Origin: Squalus acanthias
Lineage: Eukaryota
Direction of reading: 5' to 3'
DNA: 64,000 bases
Assembly: GCA_030390025.1 (NCBI GenBank)
Contig: CM059432.1
Coordinates: forward strand, 52,020,001-52,084,000
In this document: positions 51,948 through 63,503 of the stretch, in pieces
How positions within the stretch are numbered: position 1 is the stretch's first letter
Layout of the letters: every line of letters starts with the position of its first letter
Program-made: the position numbers and the translations under genes
The notes under the pieces: model-generated
The model's input: only the letters and a program-made list of their open reading frames with translations
Database searches by the model: none
Told to the model about the DNA's origin: nothing

Positions 51948-53628
51948 ATTGTGTACATGCAACATTTTAGTGTAAACAGGAATAACCCCTTCCGCCATAT
52001 GACAAATTGTTGTGCAAACCCGCATGTTATCCTGCTCCCACCTATGGGCACTGCCGGGGCCAGATGTCACTCTCTCTGTAACATGAGTATTGAGCATTGA
52101 CTTTGGCTCAGGTAAAATCTGAAAACACTGTGAATTGACAGCTTATTTCTAACTGATGTGCTCCATGAATATGGTGTCAATCCTATACCTTCACTTCCTG
52201 TTTTTATGGATGAATTTATTAGATCCTATGTTGTCAGAATTCTTCTAAGGCTAATAGAATCATAAAAATACAACACAGAAGGAGGATATTCAGCTCGTTG
52301 TGCCTGTGTCTGTGCCCATGCCAATGCTAGCTCTTCAACTGGAGTTGATTCCTTCTCACAAATATCAGTTAAATAAATAAATTGAATTGTCCTTTACCAA
52401 TCCACGGTGACTGTCCCAGATTTGCGTGTCTTTCTAAGCGTTCATTAATTTCATCCCATATTATGAATTTCTACCGGTAGATTTTACAAAAGGGCTATCT
52501 GAAATATCTGTGCAACATTACTTATCCTTTATAGTGAGTACTGACTATTTCTCTGATTCCTTCCTTGGTTAAGATTGTCTGGGGGAAATGCTTTTATGGT
52601 TCTAAGCTCTTTGGTCAGTGTGTTTTGTACGATCCCTCAGAGTAATCACTGTACCTGGGGAGCTTTGAGACATTTCTGAAAACTGTGATCAGCTAGTACA
52701 GTACGTAAATGCAATATTCTTCTTGTGGCTGAGTACTAATCACTCGTAGCACAGATACCATCAGCCACTCTGCATTGACAGTCACTCCTTGGCATGAAGC
52801 CAGCATTTTGTCTGAGCCAGCAGTCCTTAGTCAAGATACATGGAGGTTGGAACAACCAGTGGGGTGTACCATGCAGGTAGAAGTTCTTGGTGAACTCCGC
52901 ACTGCATCATCTACCTATACTAGGGCAGCAAGTGTGGCTGTTATTTATATCAGATTCCTAAAAGCTGCTCTTGGTTGTAATGAACTTGGAGCTGACTGTG
53001 TCCCTTCTTCACAGAGGGCCCTTCTGAAGCTGGGGACTATGATTCTGTTTGAGGCACAGTTGTGGTTTCTTTCAGAAGAAGGGGATCCTAGTGAGACTGA
53101 GGACTACCATGGAATCTTGCTGATCAGGAAAGCGGGTTGTCGGGACAAGAGCCTTAGTGGGCATTCTTTCTACAAAATTACAATCTGCAGTTACATACAG
53201 GCTTGAGCTCGGGGAATGGAGCAAAGATATGCCTGGGCCCAGAAGATGACTGTAAGTGCGTCCAGGGCCAGGTAGTAGAGCATTTAGTCCTGCCATACTC
53301 CACAAATGTTGCACACTCTACAGCTGAAGTAACAAGGTTTTCCACATTTATACCATTTAAGTGGTTTGTTAACTACTTGAGAAACACTAAAGGATTATTC
53401 ACGATTGATGTTATTTGTGGATTACGACTGCATTCTCAGGAGTCAAATGTTTCAAAACTTTGTGTTCCTGTAAATTCATTAGTGGGTCATAAATTATGAA
53501 GGAAAAGAGGCATTTCTCTCCTTTTCAGAGGAAAATATAGCCCATGATTATCTAAGTTGATCTTTGCTTCTCCCGCCCACAACTAACAAACTGCATACTT
53601 ATTGAAACGTCTCCTCCTTTTCCCTCAG

Positions 53629-53806
53629 GATATCAAGTGAACACTCTCCCAAACTTCAGATACGAAGCCACAGTTACTTACGAGCAGTCAGTGAAGTCTC
53701 AATTAATCGAAGTTTGGATAGCTTGGATCCTGCGGTGCTTCTCGCCTCGCCTAAATTCCGTTCTCGCAACGAGAGTTATATGAGAGCCATGAGCACCATC
53801 AGTCAG
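53629..53806 (+). CDS. DLGAP1: DLGAP1 coding exon (ISSEHSPKLQIRSHSYLRAVSEVSINRSLDSLDPAVLLASPKFRSRNESYMRAMSTISQ)
   Basis: Polypyrimidine tract plus cag acceptor; CAG|gtaggc donor; 178 nt, phase 2 to 0; GK-binding repeats 3-4. Confidence 0.95.
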
Positions 53807-53895
53807 GTAGGCAATCTGTGGTAATTCAGAATTAAGCTTTAAGTCACCTGACTTACTCCAAACTAAATGGTACTTGGTGTGATCTCTGTCTGTAG

Positions 53896-54136
53896 GTGAG
53901 TGAAGTGGAAGTTAATGGACAATTCGAATCTGTTTGCGAGTCAGTATTTAGTGAACTGGAGTCCCAGGCGGTCGAGGCACTGGATCTGCCCATGCCAGGA
54001 TGTTTCCGTATGCGAAGCCACAGCTATGTGAGGGCCATCGAACGTGGCTGCTCACAGGATGATGAAAGTTTGTCACTTAGGTCAGCATCACCACCTCGAA
54101 CAACCACTACAGTGAGGACCATCCAAAGCAGTACTG
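53896..54136 (+). CDS. DLGAP1: DLGAP1 coding exon (VSEVEVNGQFESVCESVFSELESQAVEALDLPMPGCFRMRSHSYVRAIERGCSQDD...RTIQSST)
   Basis: ORF 53896..54168; tgtag acceptor; G|gtaggt donor; 241 nt; GK-binding repeat 5. Confidence 0.95.
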
Positions 54137-56163
54137 GTAGGTTCTTGGATGATCTCCCACTCTACTGAATCCTATTAACCCTAAAGTGTGTGGGTGGGTG
54201 TGGGGGAGAATAATGAAAAACAATGCAATGTTTTCTCCATTAGTACACCCCGTTTTTCCATAATTAGCGACCCCTAATAAAATTTAAATTCTCAAAAAAT
54301 GCACAGTTCAAAGCCACATGTTTTCAAAATCTCATTAGCAGATTGTTAATTATGGAGAAAAGCAGTTATTCTCCCATTTTTCACAAAGAATTGTGGGCCC
54401 TAGTCTCTGCCCAGAATAACAGACCATAATCCATAAGCATTAGTGCACTTTAGTGGCAATTTACTTGAATAGCGTACACAGGACCCCATGAATCAGGAAA
54501 TTTTCCAAGCTTTTGCTACCGGGCATTAATGGATGGAAAATCCTGAGCCACTGCCCAAAATTTTCCACATGCATGGCTGTTGGATAAGGCTACCTGCCAG
54601 TGGCACAAACTCAGAAAATTCTTCCCCACCCCCATTCCATCTCCTAAAGTCAAAAGTGCTTATTCTTGCCTGCAGTATTATTAACAAATGATAAGGATGC
54701 ACTTTGTGTCTAACAGCCGACACATTCAATACGAGAATTAGTCCTGTCTAAATGAAAGATATATTTTATCTACATTGAATGTCTGGGTGCCAGTGTATCA
54801 ATCCTTAGAGATGGCAGACACTGTCAGGAAGGTGCCAATGTTTGTGCTTGTGGTGAAGTTGTCCGTAACATTTTTTTCATTAATCACTGATAATTATTTC
54901 TTAAAATGTCTGTTGCATTGTATGTTTGGTTCAAAAAAATTTCACACTGTGTGACTTTCTGTAAATGAAAATCGCATTGATCAGATAACGAAAGAGAGCA
55001 GTGCAAAGAAAAAGGAAGCGTAATAACAACTGGAGTAGTTTATTTAAACCTATGTGCGGGTTTGTGCTGGTGTATAAAGTTTCATAATATAGAGAGTAAA
55101 TTTGATGATCCTGCACTCCTGGTGTGGCGTCTCACTCAATGGGAGCTTGGGTTGCAGAATCGGCCCAATAATGTTAAGGCACATATCTCAATCTGCACTC
55201 CCATTAGGCAACACTTCATGCCAGGAGCACAGCATCACTCAACCTATACTCCAACATGGTTTAATATTTATTTGGCTCTTGAATACATCTTTACCTGCTG
55301 TAATCTTTAGATGTATGTGTGTAGATACTGTTAACTTGCACAATTTGATGGGGACATGGACAGAGCACATTACCATTCACAATGCAAACTAAACTACAGT
55401 ACACTCTCAATACTGTGGATATTTTGGCCTGTCACGTTGCTCAGAGCAGCACTGTCTTCTTGTACAACTGGCTGGTTCTGTAACATCAGAACTTTGCAAA
55501 TTTGAAAAAATAAATGATTGTTGGATTTGTGTTCCTCAAGGTGAAGAATGTTATATGGAGAAAGGAGCATTTTCCATGCATTATCTGTATAAGCAGTCCC
55601 ATGTCAGGAATAGCATGACTTTGATCCAAGAGTCTATACTTATCTAACACCAGTTTCACAAGGGAATTGTCTACTTGCAAGGTGTGACATTTTAATTTTC
55701 CACACCTTGCATCCTTACAGAATCTGTGACACCCTTGTGGACTAGAGTCCATTTGTAGCATTTTCTGTTTCTATTGTTGATACATTTTGTGTATAAAGTG
55801 TGTTGCGCATGTGACTATGCATTAGAATAGAAGCATTAGTAGCTTGTCCTGACATCACTTTAACCTCTAGTGAAACAATTTTATGTCTCAATTGTGTTGA
55901 ATAATCTTGTGGAAATGGGGCCGGCACCACAAGTCTGGAGTCTGTGGATCCTTTCAACAAGATGTATTTTTTTTTCTAGAGTCATACCAGGGTATAAATT
56001 TAAATCTAAAATAAGGTGACATAATTGAGATGGGATATGACGCAATTGAGATCAGTGGAAAGGAATTCTGTGCAGCGCTGGCCTATCAGATTGAATGGAT
56101 CTGACTGAGGATGAAATTGCCTTTTTTCGTTGCCCAGATTTTACTTTTCTTGCCTTCAGTATA

Positions 56164-57370
56164 AGCCATGGCTCTGTTGGTAACACTCTTGTTTCTGAGT
56201 CAGAAGGTTGTGGGTTCAAGTCCCACTCCAGAGACTGGAGCACAAAAATCTAGGCTGACACACCAGTGCAGTACTGAGGGAGTGCTGCACCGTTGGAGGT
56301 GCTGTCTTTCAGATGAGATTTTAAACTGAGGCCCTGTCTGCTCGCTCAGGTGGACGTAAAAGATCCCATGGCACCATTTCAAAGAAGAGCAGAGGAGTTA
56401 TCCCCGGTGTCCTGGGCCAATATTTATCTCTCAATCAACATCACTAAAAACAGATTATCTGGTCATTGGCCCAAAAATTAGTCCCGCGACGCGAGAGTAC
56501 GCACTGTGTACTCTCGCGTATTCTGTCACCAATTGCCGGTTTTCTGCATGCACTGCGCATGCGCTGAAAACCGGCACTTGGTTTTTGGAAAAGGGGGTGG
56601 TTCCTCAGTGCACCGCGTGCGCGCTACAGGCTGCGCGCACGCTGTGCACTTAGTGCTTTGGACGCGCAGGTAAGGACGGAAGATTTTAGAAATGAAAAAA
56701 GGAGGAGTAAGACCCACTTTTAACAAGGTAAGTAGTGAATTAAGTATTATTTTGAATTTTTTTTAACAGGTATATCTTTTTTAGAGACTTTAAAGACAGG
56801 TAAGTTTATTTTTATAACTTTTTAAAAGATTTTAAATTTTTCAAAAATTTAATTTTTTATTTAAAATGGTTAATTTATTTAACTATACTTATTTTATTAA
56901 TGTGATGGTTTTTTTTTAATTTAATTGAGGTTTAGCTGTTATTTTGGGGGTGTGTAAGATTCATAGCTTTCACAGCACGTATGTGAAACTTATGAATGGA
57001 AGATGGTGTGCTGCCATTGGCTCTAACTGAGTCACGTGATCCCACAGCTCGCACGAATTCACTACGCCGGTGGGATACGCAAGCACTGCCCAGCTGATGT
57101 CTAGAACATCAAGTTCGTGCGAGCTGGATCTGAAAAAGCCAACGCGGAGTGAGAGATCGCGGGGAAGCCTTACCCCCGCGTCAACACTCAGTCTTTAATT
57201 TCTGGGCCATTATCTCATTGCTGTTTGTGGAAGCTTGCTGTGCACATATTGGCTGCTGCATTTCTTACATTACAACAGTGATGACACTTAAAGTACTTTT
57301 TTGGCTGTAAAGTGCTTTGGGACATCCTGAGATTGTGAAAGGTGCTATATAAAGGCAAGTCTTTCTTCTT
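56164..57370 (+). mobile_element. Full-length DeuSINE split by a MITE
   Basis: Collinear with 18680-19140 once 56468-57208 is removed. Confidence 0.85.
56468..57208 (+). mobile_element. 741-bp MITE (family A-like)
   Basis: TIRs GGCCCAAAAATTA / GGCCCAGAAATTA; ATT TSD shown by comparison with the uninterrupted SINE. Confidence 0.9.
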
Positions 57371-59171
57371 ATCAAATTTTCGGGGGGGGGTGGTTGTTTA
57401 CGTTTGGAGGGGTACATGTTTGTTAGAGAGGGATGTTGCTGCTGGGAATTAAAAAATTTAATTGAGCACTTTGAATTTTAACACAGCAGGGCTCAGTACA
57501 GTTTGGGGATCACTGTTTATAATCTCAGCAAATATATCATGAGAAGCTGTAGCCACAGCCTCAAAAGAGCACACTCTGCTGTATCGTTATGATCCCTTGG
57601 CATGCAAGAGCCCAGTTAGTGTTACTTCCTGATAATTGTTCTTTGAAATCAGGTTTTTGTCTGAATTCTGCTTATCTTCTGCCTCAGTGAATTAATTTTA
57701 AATCATCAACTATGCTCAGAGTCCTCCTCGCACAGCTGGTTCCTGATAAATGCATCACTTGTTGCCAAGAAATCTTCTGCTATAATCAGGATTCTTTGTA
57801 ACATGACTGCTTGAATCATTCAACTATTTACAGAACTAGAACACTGGGCTGGCGGTATTTAGTGTGTTGTTGAAAAAGATAATTGGGGAAGACTTCGATG
57901 TATGGATCAAGGTTAATTGTTGTGCTTGGATTAATTCTATACAATGGAGAGAATGAGAAGGTTTTAATCCACTGGGATTCAATACAATGTCAACTAATAG
58001 GAAAGAATTTTGTCCATTGGGATTCTGTACAATTCGAATAAATGGAAAGGATTTGGATCCTTTTGGATTGCATATACAAAGAGTGAATGGAAACAATTCA
58101 GTTTATTTGGATTTGATAGAAGTGGTTTATTCCTTGAGGATTCAGCGGTTTGCATTTAACAACAAAAGGAATTTGCATTTATGTGGTGCCTTTAATATAG
58201 AAATACAAGCATTTCACAGAGACATAATGAATACTAATACCAAGCCAAAGAAGGGGAGATTAGGAGGGGTGGCCATCGTTTTTTTCAGAGGTGGGTTTCA
58301 AAGGAGAGGAGGGTGAAGAAGCAGAAACCATTAGAGAGGGATTTCCACAACAATCGCTGTGCTGCTAGAACCACAGATGAGTCATCTGTGGAATACAGCT
58401 GGTCAGTATTCAAAGTGTAAGTTGTATGGCTGGATTCATATCCTGGAATTATTAAACTCAAGTCCTGTTTGCATCTCAGGCCAATATAAAAGATACCATG
58501 GCACTATTTGAAGAAGAGCAAGGGAGTTCGCTTGGAGTCTTGGCCAACATTTATGCCTCAACCATAATCACCAAAAAGAGATTAACTGGTTATTCATCTC
58601 ATTGTTGTTTGTGGGACCGTGGTGTGCAGGGATGGGGACATTTGCATTGTGGTAATATGTCAGAGCATCACTGTGCTGCTTCAATGATGGAGAGGAGGAA
58701 TAATGAGAACCTACTTTTCACATCTTCTGCTCTCAATCGGGCTTCTTAGAAAATGTGTGGTATGTGTTATTTCAGACATTTTTCCCCACTGACTCACCAC
58801 TCCCTCCTTTTTGAGTCTCTCCATATGCTACTACTGATAACATTTTAGTGGATCCAGTGGAAATACTGGCAAAGGTTGTCTCCGTACTTTAAGAGATAAA
58901 AAATAAGTGGCTTGAATTATGATATTTTCCTAACTTTAGGCTCGTAGACCATTACAAAATGCAGTAAAGCAGTAAACAGGGATATTGGAATTGCTAGACC
59001 AAAAAAGACCAAGTTCCATCTAGTTCGCCCTCTAGCATTTCAAGTAGTCACATGATACAATAATAATGGAATTGTTGACTAATCATGGAAATCAATATCT
59101 ATCAATTAGTCTACAACAGACCCAGACATGAGGCGAAGAAACCCCCAGTGGTGGTAAGCTTTGGGAACCAT

Positions 59172-60865
59172 GGGGGCGATTTTCCCACTGGAGGCGAGAT
59201 GGAGGTGGGTTTCAGTTTGGGTGGGTTTGAAACCCGTCTCCACTGATAGTTTTCAAAAAATTACAATTTTCCCCTGATTGGCCACTTGATTTCAGAGGTG
59301 TGGGATGCCCTTGGTCAATTAGTGTTTTGGGACTGAAACTCGCCTCTGCTGACATCACTTTTCCAGCCTGATTTTATGGCTTCTTGCTGCCTTGGATCAT
59401 TCCACAGGATTTCTGCCTATGCTGCACCACCTGCAACATATTCTGAGAAACCACTATGTCCAATTCCAAGGCAAGGGCCTCCCCGAGGCTCTCGGATGAG
59501 GCACTGCAAATGTTGTTTGAGGGGGTCACAGCTAGCAGGGAGTTGCTCTTCCACTCATCTGGGAGGAAGAGGCCTCCCAAAGAAACCAAGGCTGTGTGGA
59601 TCCAGCTGGCAAGGGATATAGCCTCCAAATCTGTGTGCAGATTGGGTGAATGTTTCTGTGTATCGATGAAATGCCATCCCTGTTGGAAAGCATTAAAATG
59701 ATCTGATGCCTTAGGCAGCTCCACATTGTGGGCTCCACCACACTTGCGTTGTCAGGTTGGTGGCCTGAGTGAAAGGAGGCCAGAGAGTCATGTCCATTGT
59801 CAATGATGTCTTAGGATGGAGCCAAGGACATGTGCCAACTTGGGCAACCTATGCAAATCTGGCCAGGATAAGTTCATCCCTTGCATCCCGGCAGCCATGT
59901 GCTCGCGTGCTGCTGCTGGTCGATACACCAATGCTCTGACCTCCTCCAGATCCTCCTCCTCCTCAGCCTCCTCCTCCTCATTCTCATCTAAGGAGGGCTG
60001 GAACTGAGCCACTTGCTCATCAGGAAGCTGCAAGCCACGACTCTGTGCGATGTTGTGCAGTGCACAGCACACCACGACCATTCTGGAGACCCTGTATGGT
60101 GTATACTGCAGGGCTCCATCTGATCAGTCAAGGCAACGGAAGCGCATCTTCAACAACCCAATGGTTTGCTCGATAATGGACCTGGTCAAAGTGTGGCTGG
60201 CCTCCTGATTGGCGTCATTAGCCACTTCTTCAGGGGGTAGCCTTTGTCACCAAGGAGCCATCCGTTAAGTTGGTTTGGCGAATTGAAAAGCGAGGAACAC
60301 TAGAGTGCCGCAGGATGAAAGGGTCATGGCAACTACCACAGAACTTGGCGCAAACATGCAAAAACTCCTTCTTGTGGTTACACACCAGCTGTACGTTGAG
60401 GGAGTGGAAGCCCTTTCGGTTGACAAAGATAGCTGGGTTGTGATGGGGTGCCCTAAGGGCCACGTGTGCAGTCTATGACGCCCTGCACCATTGGTATGCC
60501 TGCCATATTTGCAAAGCCAACCGAGTGGGCGGTTTTACTTGCTTGATCCCTTGAGAACTGAATGTAATTGTGGGCCTTAGTGAAAAGGGCATCGGTAACC
60601 TGCGTGATGCAACTGTGGGCGGCCGACTGGGCGATGCCGCTGATATCTGCTGATGATCCCTGGAAGGAGCCTGAGGCTAAGAAGTTGAATGCGGTGGTGA
60701 CTTTGACAGCCACTGGTAAGGGGTGTCCACCCGTTCCTCTGGGCACCAGGTTTTGCTGCAGCAGTCCGCAGATCTCTCTGACAACCTCTCAAAAGTCTTA
60801 GCCTCCTTTGGCACTGCTGCTCACTCATGTTGAGGTAGCTCATCCTCTGTCTGTAAACCCTCATA
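59172..60865. mobile_element. PIF/Harbinger copy 3 (divergent, deleted): Myb fragment (+) 59456-59650, transposase (-) 59849-60865
   Basis: PRLSDEALQMLFEGV...[51 protein letters not shown]; left TIR-like GGGGGCGATTTT. Confidence 0.85.
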
Positions 60866-60889
60866 ATCCAATTCCTCCACTCCCTCAAT

Positions 60890-61320
60890 CATTCTAGTTG
60901 CCATCTTCTGTATCCTTTCAATAGCTGCAATATCTTTTCTGTACTGAGGCGACCGGAACTGTACATAGTATCCTAAATCCGGTCACACCAATGATTTATA
61001 AAGTGGCAAATTACCTCACTGTTTCAGCTCAATATTGACCTTTTAATATGTCCCAACATCTGATTTCCTTTACTTATTGCCACCGAGCATTGTTGTGATA
61101 GCTTCAATTTAATATGTCCCAACATCTGATTTCCTTTACTTATTGCCACCGAGCATTGTTGTGATAGCTTCAATTTATTGTCAATCAGGACCCTCAGATC
61201 TCTCTTTTTCCATGCGCATTATTTTCTTTCCATTTAAATAATAGTACCTTCCTTAATATTTTGTCTCCATGTGAAGCTTTGTAATTCTCTGCATTAAATT
61301 TCATCTGCCACCTGTCTGCC
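60890..61320 (-). mobile_element. CR1 fragment (its 3' end probably at 58982-59171, separated by Harbinger copy 3)
   Basis: Reverse-strand L-Y-VQF-SP.Y..DI..IE.IQ coding pattern. Confidence 0.6.
61042..61177. repeat. Perfect 66-bp tandem duplication
   Basis: aatatgtcccaacatctg...gcttcaattt at 61045-61110 and 61111-61176. Confidence 0.95.
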
Positions 61321-61520
61321 ATATAAATAAATTAATGTTATTGCTAACATTAGAAGCACTCAGCAACTGCAGAAACATGATGATAGTGAGTCATTATGTT
61401 CCACCATGTCATTATGTTTCTTCATTTACTAAGCATTATCTCTACAGGAAATAAAATGAGATCTTCAAATCTATGTCATCAGGCCTCTACTGTTTCCAAT
61501 GATGTCAATACAAGACTATA

Positions 61521-62188
61521 AGCCTCGATTTTAACCTTGCCCGGCGATGAAAATGAGGCAGGCATTGATTAAAATAGCACTGGAGTACTTACCGCTGTGT
61601 TCCGATGCACTCCTGCCTGCTGCCATTTTAACCCTGCAATTTTCAGAGGTGGGAGAGGCACCCACAGCAGTCAGACAGGGGCCTCATGAAGACAATAAAA
61701 TTGGTGTCCTATGATGCAGTTTGGACCTCAAAGCAACTTTAACAACAAACACAGCAGTCCCATCCAGTGCACCCTCCCTTTCAGTACAGCCTGGTGGCAA
61801 GCGGATTTGGGGTCAAGAGGCCCAGAAAATTAGGTAATTTTTAATTAATTTTAATTTTCTTATGGGCCATGGAGGAGCAGAGGTGCTCCTATGGATTCCA
61901 CAAGGAAACCTTGTGCCTCCCCTGGTCTGGATTTCCTCCTCCGAGTACGATCCCCTCCTAAGAACATTCCTGACTGCCGGCGATTGTTTCTTTGGGTCCA
62001 TGGCAGCGGTCTCGAGGCACTGGAAATTCCGCTCCCACTTGCCGGCCAGCTAGCACTACCCACTGGGAGACTGACGGAGTCCATGCAGATGAGGCCCGGG
62101 ATTTAAAATCTCCCATGCAGGGTCGATGGTTTCCCGTCCACCTCAGCTTCCATCCATACAACTCCTGCCAGGAGTTAAAATCCGTGCT
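61521..62188. mobile_element. ~670-bp MITE
   Basis: TIRs AGCCTCGATTTTAAC / AGCACGGATTTTAAC. Confidence 0.65.
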
Positions 62189-62350
62189 TATCTTTCAGAA
62201 GAATCAGAGCAATGTTTTTGTTGTGTTATCCTTTTATATATATTTCTTACAAATCATGGTATGCACATTTAGTCCAATGACTTGTGATCTTTCATGTCTG
62301 ATTCATGTCACCTTCTTTCTTTTCAGTCAAACAATTGCCACTTAAACCTA

Positions 62351-62861
62351 TGTGAGAAGTCGCACAACACCAGGTTATAGTCCAACAGTTTTATTTGAAA
62401 TCACAAGCTTTCGGAGCGCTGCTCCTTCATCAGGTGAAGTGAAGAGATGTATATAGGCACAGTATATATAGTCAGAGAACACTGCCAGATGATTACAGTT
62501 AATCTTTCTAACTGCCCTTTATCACACCTCGGCAGAGAGATAATCACGGCAATCAAAGGTGTGGATGGTGTCCAAACAGGTCAGTCAGGAAAACATTACA
62601 TCAAAGACAATGAGGTGGGGTCACAAGGGGTCAAATGTGGCAGATGCTGGAGTCTGTATGGAAAACAAAAAACTTTTTTTGCTGGAAATCACAGCAGGTC
62701 CGGCCGCATCTTGTAGATAGAACAAGCCAACGACGACTCGAGTCTGGATGACTCTACGTCAGGTGGGGTTACATGTAGCGTGACATGAACCCAAGATCCT
62801 GGTTGAGGCCGTCCTCATGGGTGCGGAACTTGGCTATTAGTTTCTGCTCGATGATTTTGCG
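62351..62861 (-). mobile_element. Penelope-like element 3' end (GIY-YIG C-terminus plus pLTR) with a nested short insertion at 62626-62760
   Basis: 9-bp TSD TTAAACCTA at 62342-62350 and 62862-62870; minus strand RKIIEQKLIAKFRTHEDGLNQDLGFMSRYM*. Confidence 0.85.
62401..62437 (-). ncRNA. Intact minimal type I hammerhead ribozyme motif
   Basis: Minus strand UCAC-CUGAUGA-A-GGAGC-AGC-GCUCC-GAAA-GCU-U|GUGA. All core nucleotides present; 4-bp stem I, 5-bp stem II, palindromic AAGCUU stem III. Confidence 0.85.
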
Positions 62862-63042
62862 TTAAACCTAGGCAGTAAGGCTTCAAAACTAAGGTTTGAA
62901 CTGACCTTTGACCTCATTTTTTCCATCAAGCCTGACTACTTGTGGCCATTTAGAGCATTAACTGCACAGTCCATACAGAATAGTCAAGACAAATGGTATT
63001 TAGTCACAGTGCTGACTACAGAATTATCACCCAAGACATAAT

Positions 63043-63503
63043 GAGGGAGAAATTTGATTTCTACCTGAAACAGGTGCGGAGTCAGCGAGGCGGCCTCTGC
63101 GCCTGCCCAAGGCCAGCGTTTGGGGTTCTTTTAAATGCTGCCGGCGAGCTGTGGGCACCAAACTGGCGGCGCCACTGCAGCTGGGAGGGCAGGAAATCGT
63201 CCCGTTCCCAGGCTGAGGCGACCAGTAGTTGGTGTGGTGGGGAGACGATTGCGGGAGCAGGGGGCCCTCAAACGGCACACCCTCTGTCCAAAAGTACTTG
63301 AAATTTGCAATTGAGGAGCCAGAATTGCATATTTAAGCAGCCTGATGCCTGTTTCAGGCAGGCGGGCTGCTCAATCATTTACAGGTCCGCCTGAAAATTG
63401 CATAGGGCAAGTGTTGGGTGCCAATGGGGTGGCCGAGGTGCTCCCCAGCCCCAGGCGAGAAACAGGCGGCCGTGAGTTGACAATCTGCTTCAACATTTCT
63501 CCA
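63043..63503. mobile_element. MITE related to 1-576 and 37606-38036
   Basis: gagggagaaattt...atttctcca termini; aat flanks; shared internal motifs. Confidence 0.6.
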
